A stretch of DNA of 64,000 nt from an uncultured delta proteobacterium (GTDB lineage Bacteria > Desulfobacterota > Desulfobacteria > Desulfobacterales > JAFDCJ01): the NCBI GenBank assembly GCA_963769935.1, contig CAVYNY010000011.1:416001-480000 (forward strand), written 5' to 3'. The notes below the pieces were generated by a model. That model worked only from the letters and a program-made list of their open reading frames with translations. It was not told where the DNA came from and did no database searches. Both the position numbers and the translations under genes were made by a program. Positions 21,848-30,717 of the stretch are shown in pieces (the first letter of the stretch is position 1; the number at the start of each line of letters is the position of its first letter).

Positions 21848-23023
21848 TTAGCGGTCATCGCTCCGAGGTCTTTGCCAATCCCTGTTGAACAACTGACCCA
21901 GCATATCGCCGATCACCACGCATTCCAGGCCGAAGGGAAGATACCCGGCATAGCCCAGCAGCGGCATTTCAAAAATCTGAAAGCGTTGAACAAAAGGGAT
22001 GCTGTATTCCCACCGGGCCAGGCTGAAGTAGTTCCACATTTCCCAGAAACCGCCGCAAATCAAGGCGGCCAAAACCGCTGCAACGGCGCCACTCCAGTTT
22101 CCGGCGGAAATCTGCGAGAAAATGTGCGGTTCCTGCATCACTGTTTGCAGTCCGACGATGATCAGAAGGGGCGAAACCCAGAGAAGGGGAAATAAATAAT
22201 CCGGCCAAACCCCAATTGCAACCAGCCCGGCCGCATCGAGCAGCAGAACGGCTACGGCTGCCGCGGTGGGATGCCCCAGCGCAATGGGCCGCATACGGGA
22301 ATAGCTTCGGCGGATCCAGCCGGTTCCGAGCAGGTATTGCCGGGTGCTTAACACCGCCGGCAGCACCGTGGCAAAGGACAGAGTCGCATACCAGAAATAG
22401 GCCCAGGGACCAAACTGCACGCCCGGATAATACCAGTTTTGAACAAAGCGATTCAGGTATTCGAAAAACCACCAGAAGGCGGCGCTGGCCGGGAAAAGCA
22501 GCAGAAAATATGCGGGGCGATCCGTCATGAGGCTGTGACCGCGGCGCCGCCAACAAAGCGCATTGACGACCAGGATGTATGAAAACCACAGCGGGCTGAA
22601 GGTATGGGGTTGAAATTTCGCAAACCAGGCCATCCGGGTCCAAGCCAGAATCCAGGCCAGCACGCCGGTGGCGCCGCCGACCCAGCCCCACCAGGGAAAG
22701 GGCCTTGAGGCTGAAGCGGCAGCGGGTCGGGGACTTTTACGATATGATTGAACACCGGCGACAATCAGCGGGCAAACGGATGCTAAAATCAGCAGGGCAA
22801 TTATCAAAAAAGCCGGCCATGAAAAAGGGGCGTGTGGGACATAGCGGGTTCGGGGGGGAAATTCAAGATAGCGCTGCAGCGGAAAACCGGCGATCCGCAC
22901 CCCTGCCAGCGGCAACCCCAGCAACATAACCGCCAGCAGGATAAATTTCAGCAAAAAACGTTGAGGATAGGACATAGAATTAAGAATGGCGAATGATGAA
23001 CGACGATTGACGATTTGCGGCAT
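21848..23023 (-). CDS. Multi-pass membrane hypothetical protein (Trp-rich)
   Basis: Many TM segments; WWFFEYLN, GFWEMWNY, FEMPLLGYAGYLPFGLE; start codon uncertain. Confidence 0.7.
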   Translation of the reverse strand: MPQIVNRRSSFAILNSMSYPQRFLLKFILLAVMLLGLPLAGVRIAGFPLQRYLEFPPRTRYVPHAPFSWPAFLIIALLILASVCPLIVAGVQSYRKSPRPAAASASRPFPWWGWVGGATGVLAWILAWTRMAWFAKFQPHTFSPLWFSYILVVNALCWRRRGHSLMTDRPAYFLLLFPASAAFWWFFEYLNRFVQNWYYPGVQFGPWAYFWYATLSFATVLPAVLSTRQYLLGTGWIRRSYSRMRPIALGHPTAAAVAVLLLDAAGLVAIGVWPDYLFPLLWVSPLLIIVGLQTVMQEPHIFSQISAGNWSGAVAAVLAALICGGFWEMWNYFSLARWEYSIPFVQRFQIFEMPLLGYAGYLPFGLECVVIGDMLGQLFNRDWQRPRSDDR

Positions 23024-23125
23024 TTTATCCGTTTTAAAATTTGGCGTTTGTTGACCCTTTGTCCATTCAATTAACCAATTTCAATACAGCTTCCACCCAT
23101 TTCGACATTCGTCAATCGTCATTTC

Positions 23126-24109
23126 TTACTGCGACGCCACATCCTGCAGGAATTCAGGCAATTCACATACCTCGGATGCTTTGCGGGTTTCAACATAGTG
23201 GGCGGCCGCCAAGGCGGCGGTGCAGCCGTCGGCGGCAGACAGCACTATTTGCCGGGCGTATTTTTCCCGCAGATCCCCGATGACATAAAGCCCGGGGCAA
23301 TTGGTTTCGCATTTATCGCCGGTAACCACATAGCCGTCGGCATTCATTTTGGTGCCGGCCGGCACCAGTTGATTGTTGGGGTTAAAACCGATGAAAATAA
23401 AAACTCCGTCGGCAGCCAGCTCGCGCTGGTCTCCGGTGCGGGTATCTTTCAAGTCCACCGCCGTAACGCCGTCCTCATCCGCCTTGATGGCGGTGACCAC
23501 CGAATTCCAGATAACCTCGATTTTGCATTCGGCTTTCACGCGCTGTTGCAGCAGGGCGCCGGCTCGGAGGGCATCTCGTCGGTGGATAATATAAACCTGC
23601 TTGGCCAGTTTTGCCAGGTACAGGGATTCTTCAGCCGCCGTGTCGCCCCCGCCGATGACCACCACGGTTTTGTTGCGGAAGAAAAAACCGTCACATACCG
23701 CACAATAGGAAACGCCTCTGCCGTACAATTCTGCTTCACCGGGAATATTGAGCTTGCGAGGGTTTCCGCCGGTTGCCAGAATAACTGCATGGGTTTGCAG
23801 GATGCTGCCGTCGGCGAGTTTGACCGAGTGAAATTCCAGCCCCGGTTCCAACTCCTGGACTTCGGCCGAGCGAATTTCCAGACCATAGGATTGGGCGTGC
23901 AAAGCAAATTTCATTGCCAGCCCGGCACCGCTGATGTGCTCATCGCCGGGCCAATTTTCAACCGAATCGGAGTTGTTCACCTGGCCGCCGGGTGCCGCCA
24001 TTTCAATCAGAACTGTTTTTAGTGCTGCCCGCATGGCATAAATACCGGCGGTCAGTCCACCCGGACCGCCCCCGATGATGGTTAAGTCATAAATTTCTGA
24101 TTCGGACAT
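23126..24109 (-). CDS. trxB: Thioredoxin-disulfide reductase
   Basis: GGGPGG, CAVCDG, GGGDTA, HRRD; start MSESEIYD after a GGAGG RBS. Confidence 0.93.
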   Translation of the reverse strand: MSESEIYDLTIIGGGPGGLTAGIYAMRAALKTVLIEMAAPGGQVNNSDSVENWPGDEHISGAGLAMKFALHAQSYGLEIRSAEVQELEPGLEFHSVKLADGSILQTHAVILATGGNPRKLNIPGEAELYGRGVSYCAVCDGFFFRNKTVVVIGGGDTAAEESLYLAKLAKQVYIIHRRDALRAGALLQQRVKAECKIEVIWNSVVTAIKADEDGVTAVDLKDTRTGDQRELAADGVFIFIGFNPNNQLVPAGTKMNADGYVVTGDKCETNCPGLYVIGDLREKYARQIVLSAADGCTAALAAAHYVETRKASEVCELPEFLQDVASQ

Positions 24110-24232
24110 GCTTGCCTCCCCTCTGGATTGCCTTAATTTAAATATGCTAATATAATGACCGAAATATACGGACACGAGCTTACTATTTAAAACAAAATGA
24201 ATGGATCTTCAACTTAAATTTGAGGTGGGCCG

Positions 24233-24889
24233 ATGTTCTCACTGGATTCCTTCTACAAACAGTACGAAACCGACACGACCGAACTGGTCATAAATGGTCG
24301 TAAATTTAAAATATTGCTGCCCAAAGATCTAACCGGATTCATCGATCCCAATGATGTCTTTCACGATTTTCCGTTGTGGACCAAGATCTGGCGGGCATCC
24401 TGGGTGTTGGCCGGCTTTCTGGCCGAGATGCCGCCGGCGGCGGAGAAAAACTTTTTAGAAATCGGCGCCGGTGCAGGACTGGTAAGCATCGTGGCGGCAT
24501 CCTTCGGGCATCGCATTACCCTGACCGAATTCAATCCCGAGGCCCTCCAGTTTGCACAGGCCAATGCGGTTATCAACGGCTGCCCGCAGTTACCCATCCG
24601 GGAGCTGGACTGGAATCGACCGCAGCCGGCCGAGACCTTCGATTATATTGTGGCATCCGAGGTGACCTATCAAAAAGAGCATGTGACGATCCTGTTAAAG
24701 CTATTTAAATCTTATTTGAAACCTGGGGGTGCAGTGTACCTGGCCGGTGAGATGCGAAGGGTCAGCCGGGATTTCTATCAACAAATGGAAACCGCTTTTG
24801 ACATCCGGGTCCAGAAAAAAATCCTGCGATTCGCCGGCGAGGAAACAGCTGTTTTTTTGTTTCGAATGACCGGAAAAACGGAGAGCTGA
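24233..24889 (+). CDS. METTL21/Nnt1-like (putative protein-lysine) methyltransferase
   Basis: FPLWTKIW, LEIGAGAG, LDW, FDYIVASEVTY. Confidence 0.75.
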   Translation: MFSLDSFYKQYETDTTELVINGRKFKILLPKDLTGFIDPNDVFHDFPLWTKIWRASWVLAGFLAEMPPAAEKNFLEIGAGAGLVSIVAASFGHRITLTEFNPEALQFAQANAVINGCPQLPIRELDWNRPQPAETFDYIVASEVTYQKEHVTILLKLFKSYLKPGGAVYLAGEMRRVSRDFYQQMETAFDIRVQKKILRFAGEETAVFLFRMTGKTES

Positions 24890-25054
24890 GCGCTCAGCGG
24901 CGAAACCTTATGCAAAGTACGGCGCCTTCCCGATGCCTTTTCAAAACTTCCGAAGCCTCCCTAAAGTTTCTGCAAAAAGTGTCGATACCAGCTTCATCAT
25001 AAAAGCTTAAGGTTGCACTCAATCTATTACCCCAAATTATAAGGTTGCTGTTAA

Positions 25055-26959
25055 ATGAATCCCCTAGATTCGCTTCCCAATGACAGCCCGTTGCCGGAGG
25101 CCGCCGCCGGCAAGAATCAGATCGTGGAGCTTTTGGTGCGGGAAAAAATTTTGACCGCCAAGCAGGTTGAATATGCATCGCGCGTGCTCGGCAAGATCGA
25201 AACCTCCCGGTCGATGCTGGATGTGCTGAAGCAACTCAACTTCGTCGACGATGATCAAATTAAAGATACGGTTCGCAGAAGCCGCGTCCCCATGTGTATC
25301 GGCAACCTGCTGGTCGAGTTGGGATACATTGCCTACGAAGATGCCCAACGGGCCCTGAAAATTAAGAGCGCCTACCAGAATCACAAAAAACTCGGTGAGA
25401 TCCTGCTGGATCAGCGCCTGATCGATGAGCGTTCATTGATCGATGCGCTGTCCCAGCAGATGGGATTTCCCCACATTGAACCCGAATTCAGTGAAATCGA
25501 TCAAAAACTGTTCGGCAGTGTGAACCCCAAGTGGTATGAGAAGCATGAAGTGATTCCCATCCGCAAGGAAGAGGGCGGCGTGCTGGTGGCATTTGCCGAT
25601 CCGCTGGATCGCATGGACCTCGAGGCCGTCAAACTGGCGTTTGGGGATAAGTTTATTCCGGCCATAGCGCGCAAAAGCGCCATCAAACAAGCCGTCCGAA
25701 GATGCCTGACCGGTGCTGGTCGGCAAAAGATATCCCCGTCGGATGAAAATTCCATCATCAAACTGGTCGATGACATCCTGCTGGCTGCCATCGAACAGGA
25801 CGCCAGCGACATTCACATCGAACCGTTAAAGGAAAGCATGCGGGTTCGTTTTCGCCGGGACGGCGTGCTCATCAATTTCCAGGAGTTTCAGGTAGACATC
25901 CTGCCGGCCCTCACCAACCGGATCAAGGTGATGTGTGATGTGGATATCACCGAAAAGCGGCGTCACCAGGGAGGGCGATTCAATTTTGACTACCCGGGGG
26001 GACAGGTTGACCTGCGGGTCTCCTTTTATGTGACCGTACATGGTGAAAAGATCGTCCTGCGGCTGTTGAACCGCAAAGGTGTGCTGATCAATATCGATGA
26101 CATCGGTTTATCGCCGCGGATGCTGGCGCGATTCAAGGATGATGCACTGTATCTGCCCAGCGGCGTCATCCTGATCACGGGTCCCACCGGCTCGGGCAAA
26201 ACGACTACGGTATACAGCTGCATCAACCACATCAACACTCCGGAAACCAGCATCATCACGGCGGAAGAACCGGTGGAATACGTCATTGATGGGATTGCGC
26301 AATGCTCCATAAATCCCAAAATCAACCTGACCTATGAGGAAACCCTGCGGCACATTGTGCGTCAGGACCCGGACGTTATCGTGATCGGAGAAATCCGGGA
26401 CAGATTTTCGGCCGAAGTCGCCGTGCAGGCCGCGTTGACGGGACACAAGGTGCTGACCACTTTCCATACCGAGGACAGCATCGGCGGCCTCGTGCGGCTG
26501 CTGAACATGAACATTGAAGCCTTTTTGATCTCTTCGACCGTGGTCAGTGTGATGGCCCAGCGGCTTCTGCGCAAGATTTGTCCAAAATGTGCCGCCGCTT
26601 ATAGGCCGAAACCGGCCGACCTGCAGCGCCTCGGTTATATGCCCGGCGATATCAAAGGTGCCGAATTCCGCAAAGGACACGGCTGCTCCCAGTGTCAGTA
26701 CACCGGGTATCGAGGCCGGGTCGGTGTATTTGAGCTGCTCATCCTGAACGAAGAAGTCCGCAGTGCCATTATTGAGCAGAAAACCAGCCAGGAAATTCGA
26801 ACTATCAGTATTGAGTCCACCGGCCTTGTGACGCTGCTGGAGGATGGGATCATCAAGGCCGCCGCCGGATTGACGACCATCGATGAGCTGCTGCGCAGTT
26901 TGCCGCGCTTGCAGAAACCAAGATCCCTGGCGGAGCTGCGCCGTCTTCTGGAAGGATAA
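25055..26959 (+). CDS. GspE/PilB-family ATPase with MshEN-like N-terminus
   Basis: IGNLLVELG and KLGEILL motifs, ASDIHIEP, GPTGSGKT, RQDPDVIVIGEIRD, CxxC Zn motifs. Confidence 0.9.
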   Translation: MNPLDSLPNDSPLPEAAAGKNQIVELLVREKILTAKQVEYASRVLGKIETSRSMLDVLKQLNFVDDDQIKDTVRRSRVPMCIGNLLVELGYIAYEDAQRALKIKSAYQNHKKLGEILLDQRLIDERSLIDALSQQMGFPHIEPEFSEIDQKLFGSVNPKWYEKHEVIPIRKEEGGVLVAFADPLDRMDLEAVKLAFGDKFIPAIARKSAIKQAVRRCLTGAGRQKISPSDENSIIKLVDDILLAAIEQDASDIHIEPLKESMRVRFRRDGVLINFQEFQVDILPALTNRIKVMCDVDITEKRRHQGGRFNFDYPGGQVDLRVSFYVTVHGEKIVLRLLNRKGVLINIDDIGLSPRMLARFKDDALYLPSGVILITGPTGSGKTTTVYSCINHINTPETSIITAEEPVEYVIDGIAQCSINPKINLTYEETLRHIVRQDPDVIVIGEIRDRFSAEVAVQAALTGHKVLTTFHTEDSIGGLVRLLNMNIEAFLISSTVVSVMAQRLLRKICPKCAAAYRPKPADLQRLGYMPGDIKGAEFRKGHGCSQCQYTGYRGRVGVFELLILNEEVRSAIIEQKTSQEIRTISIESTGLVTLLEDGIIKAAAGLTTIDELLRSLPRLQKPRSLAELRRLLEG

Positions 26960-26961
26960 TT

Positions 26962-27810
26962 ATGCCGCAACAGGAGTCCTTTATCGAAATTATCGATAAA
27001 CAGTTAAAATCCAGCAAAGCCCGGCTGCCGGTATTTAACACAACGGCGCTGCGAGTGCAGCAGGAAATCGCCAAATCAGAACCCGATATCCGCCTGATTG
27101 AAAAGTTGATTGTCAGTGATCAGGCTTTAACGGCTAAGGTGTTGAGCGTTTCCAACTCCTCGTTCTACAAGGGACTGACCCAGGTTGACACCGTGCGCAA
27201 TGCGATTGTGCGTCTGGGTATCAATGAGGTTTCCAGCATCGTTATGCTGGTGACCCACGAGAACAATTTCCGTTCCAAAGATCCGTTTATGAACGCCATT
27301 ATGCGCAAACTCTGGCGACATTCGGTCGGCTGCGGCATGGGAGCCAACTGGCTGGCTAAAAAATGCGGTCTGCGCGGCCTGGCGCATGAAGCCTTCTTTG
27401 CCGGGCTGCTGCATGATGTCGGCAAACTTTTTATTTTAACCGTAATTGATGATTTCAAAAATTCCGATGGTTTTGATATTCAGCCTTCCGATTCCCTGCT
27501 GGTTGAAGCCATGAACAGTCTGCACACCAGCCATGGATACGCTCTAATGGTTCACTGGAACCTGCCGGAAAAGTACTGTCATGTCGTGCGGGATCACCAT
27601 CAGGAGCCCTTCGATTCAAAAGACGTGCTGCAAGCCCTGGTGCGGCTGGCAGACAAAGCCTGTCTGAAACTGGGCATGGGCCTGCCCGCGGATCCGGCGT
27701 TGGCGCTGGCCGCGACACCGGAAGCCGATGCATTGCGCCTGTCCGAAGTTGACCTGGCCCAGCTGGAGATCATGCTGGAAGACTCGCAGGTCTTTGAAGC
27801 AGGAGGGTAG
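26962..27810 (+). CDS. HDOD domain protein
   Basis: LP...DQALTAKVL..NSSFY, LWRHS, GLLHDVGK, HWNLP..HH. Confidence 0.9.
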   Translation: MPQQESFIEIIDKQLKSSKARLPVFNTTALRVQQEIAKSEPDIRLIEKLIVSDQALTAKVLSVSNSSFYKGLTQVDTVRNAIVRLGINEVSSIVMLVTHENNFRSKDPFMNAIMRKLWRHSVGCGMGANWLAKKCGLRGLAHEAFFAGLLHDVGKLFILTVIDDFKNSDGFDIQPSDSLLVEAMNSLHTSHGYALMVHWNLPEKYCHVVRDHHQEPFDSKDVLQALVRLADKACLKLGMGLPADPALALAATPEADALRLSEVDLAQLEIMLEDSQVFEAGG

Positions 27811-28269
27811 GAATCTCGATTTATCGGAAAGGTAGTTTCTATGCCCACACATTCTTTTTGTCTGCATCTTTTGATAAAATCCAAATCACAAGCACCAAAT
27901 TCCAAACAAATTCAAAATCCGAAATCTCAATGACCAAAATCTATCCCGAACAAGCCGGTTGCGTGAAACGGAAATCCGGATTTCTCAGGGAACCAAAAAG
28001 AGCAAATTCATCACGAAAGCACGAAAGGATGAAAACACGAAAGGTTGAGAAGATAAATTTCCTGTTTTCAAGTTGTTGTGGTGAAAATATTTTCTTATGA
28101 CCTGCAAAGAAATCACAATTAAGTGACTAATTCACAGCGCGTTTTGGATTTGAACTTTTGGTCATTGGATTTTATTTGTTATTTGGAATTTGTGATTTGA
28201 TATTTCCGGTTTTGCGCCGCTTTTGATCAGGCTGGAAAAACCTGGATAGGCAGATCGGTGGCACTGCAC

Positions 28270-29178
28270 CTACTCCTTGGCACCGGCCTCCATCAATATC
28301 TTGAACAGGATCAGATCGCGCTTCTTCAAGGCATATGCCAGAGCCGTCATTTCCGTCTTATCTTTCGCATTGACATCGGCACCCTTTTCGATTAAAAGTT
28401 CGACGACGGCGGTGCGATCCTCCGGAGCACTGGCAGCATAGATCAGCGCGGTCTGTCCGTCCCTGGTGCGGGTGTTCACCCTGGCCCCCTGCGAGATCAG
28501 CATGGCGGCGATATCCGTTTTGCCTTTCATGGCCGCCACCATCAAAGGCGTCTCGTCCGCCGATACGCCTTTTACATCTCCGGCATTGACGTCCGCACCG
28601 CTTGAAATCAGAAGCCTGACGACCGGCTCCTGCCCTTCGATAATGGCCTCCATCAGGGCCGTATTACCGGCATTGTTGACCCTTTTTAGATCGGCACCCG
28701 CGTTTAGCAGGGTCTGGACCGTGTCGGCATGCCCGTTCATACTGGCCTCGTGCAAGGCGGTTGATTTCCACTGGGAGGCGGCATTGACATCGGCGCCCTT
28801 TTCCAGCAAAAGTTTAACAATTGCCGTATGGCCGTTTTGGGCGGCATTCATCAAGGCCGTTCGTTGAGCCAGGTCGGCGGAATTGACGTCGGCATTTTTG
28901 GAGAGCAGCAGTTTGACCATATCAAGATTACCCTGTTCAGCAGCCAGCACTAACCCGGATTCACCGAATTCGTTTCTGGCGTCGACATCCATGCCGATTG
29001 CCAGAAACCAGCCGACCACCTCGATATTTCCGCTCTCGATGTGACCGATCATTGCTTCAGTCGTGTAAGGGATGTTTTCCTGGGCCAGTTCGGTGCGTGC
29101 GGCTTGCGGAGTGATGGCAAAGCCCGGTAAACTGGTCAGAATCAGAAAAAAAACAATCAGGCATACCATTTGTTTCAT
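28270..29178 (-). CDS. Secreted ankyrin-repeat protein
   Basis: Signal peptide; repeated TALMxAA..G...V.LLL.KGADVN. Confidence 0.9.
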   Translation of the reverse strand: MKQMVCLIVFFLILTSLPGFAITPQAARTELAQENIPYTTEAMIGHIESGNIEVVGWFLAIGMDVDARNEFGESGLVLAAEQGNLDMVKLLLSKNADVNSADLAQRTALMNAAQNGHTAIVKLLLEKGADVNAASQWKSTALHEASMNGHADTVQTLLNAGADLKRVNNAGNTALMEAIIEGQEPVVRLLISSGADVNAGDVKGVSADETPLMVAAMKGKTDIAAMLISQGARVNTRTRDGQTALIYAASAPEDRTAVVELLIEKGADVNAKDKTEMTALAYALKKRDLILFKILMEAGAKE

Positions 29179-29520
29179 CGCAGGACCTCGCTGTTTACCT
29201 TAAATCGGCTGGAGGATAAAATAATGCATCACCGTCATATCCAGGCGTTGGATTGCCGCCGGAATATTCCGTTTTTACGACGGACTTCGACACGGGTTCC
29301 CCGGATTGAGGCTAAACCCCCGGCCGGATTCATTATTGTCTTAACAAATTACTATCATACCTTGAGCTGCTTTTTCAATTTTATTTTACCTGGAGGTTTT
29401 CTGACAAATCCTGCCTGTTTCTTTGATCAAGAATATCTCAAAATTACCGATATACAGTGTACCGGGTCATGGGGCATTAAAACCATACGTTCATTGTACA
29501 TCTGACAAAAAGGAAAATCG

Positions 29521-30717
29521 GTGTTGCCAACCAGCAGTAATTTAAATTTATCTCATAATAACAGTGGAATATGGATTATTTCGGAGGACCGTTTTTCAGA
29601 TATCGACCTGGGCCGGGTGGTGGACGACAATTTGGACGGGCCCCACAAGGAATACAAGATATCGGATTTCGGCCGCTATCTGCTCAATCCGCGCTCGATT
29701 GAGGTCAAAAAGAAAATGATCGGCGGTGAAATCCACTACAAACAGGGGGCCTTTAAGAAAATTCGGCGGGCTTTGCGTAAAATCCTGCCCGCCCGCTCCA
29801 AAGACGGTAAAATAAATGCAGGACTCGCACCGGAAGTGATCGTTTCGCGCTTTAAACTGCGCATTCCGGCCATGCAGGATCCCGCTTTAGAGTCCTATTT
29901 GAACAAAATTTACGACCAGTTGAAAACCTACGATTCTTTTGCCAAACGATTGGCCCAGTTGGATTTGCGCCGTGTTGTGCAAGTCGTCGGAATCTGTGAG
30001 GATGTCGGCGGCAACTATTCCTACCTTAAGTTGCAGGGCAGCATCGACGAAAAAATCAAGTACCTGGGCAACTTCATTACCAAAGATGTGGGCGTCATTC
30101 TCAACAAGGCCTATATTGCCGAGGGGTTGTTCGAATTGCGAGGCTATGATTTCAAATCTTTTACCCCCGCGAAATCTTACCGTCTTTTGGCCTACAAAAG
30201 CGGCGGAGAGCCAAAGGCTTGCGTGCTGACGGGACGCAATCAGGTTGAATTTTACCTCAGCGATTATCATCTCATCAAATATCTGCATCTGCTCGAGCAG
30301 TCCCTGAGAGCCGACTCCGGTTTATGCGGGGCTTTTGGTCAGTGCCTGGCAGGCCAGGCCCAGCCGATCAAGCTGTTTTTCAATAAAAAGCTGGAAATCG
30401 ACTATGCCAAGTCCCCGCTGCCAGCCTTTTACCAGGATGTTTTTCGAACGCTCAACGTGTCGCTAAAGCAAAGGAATTTGATTAAACCGATGCTGAATTA
30501 TTTGCAGATCGGTGTATCGCTGAATTATATGTTTAATGACGACAACCGTGATGATCGAATGTTTACCCACATTTCGATTCTGCATGATTGCCGGGCACTG
30601 GAACCGCTGCGCAAGAATTTGCCGGAAGTGTTTGCCACGGTGTCGAAACTTGGATGTGCGTCGGAAGCCGGCCGGTATTACCTGCTGGACGCCATCAACG
30701 GATTTAACAATGCCTAA
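29521..30717 (+). CDS. Hypothetical protein (398 aa), overlaps the start of the Lon gene
   Basis: Long ORF with AAGGA RBS; its stop overlaps the ATG at 30710. Confidence 0.7.
   Translation: MLPTSSNLNLSHNNSGIWIISEDRFSDIDLGRVVDDNLDGPHKEYKISDFGRYLLNPRSIEVKKKMIGGEIHYKQGAFKKIRRALRKILPARSKDGKINAGLAPEVIVSRFKLRIPAMQDPALESYLNKIYDQLKTYDSFAKRLAQLDLRRVVQVVGICEDVGGNYSYLKLQGSIDEKIKYLGNFITKDVGVILNKAYIAEGLFELRGYDFKSFTPAKSYRLLAYKSGGEPKACVLTGRNQVEFYLSDYHLIKYLHLLEQSLRADSGLCGAFGQCLAGQAQPIKLFFNKKLEIDYAKSPLPAFYQDVFRTLNVSLKQRNLIKPMLNYLQIGVSLNYMFNDDNRDDRMFTHISILHDCRALEPLRKNLPEVFATVSKLGCASEAGRYYLLDAINGFNNA

Noticed and set aside
30536..30709. ORF-track 58-aa N-terminal extension of Lon
   Set aside because: It overlaps the upstream gene; the ATG at 30710 gives a coupled start and a LonB-like N-terminus.
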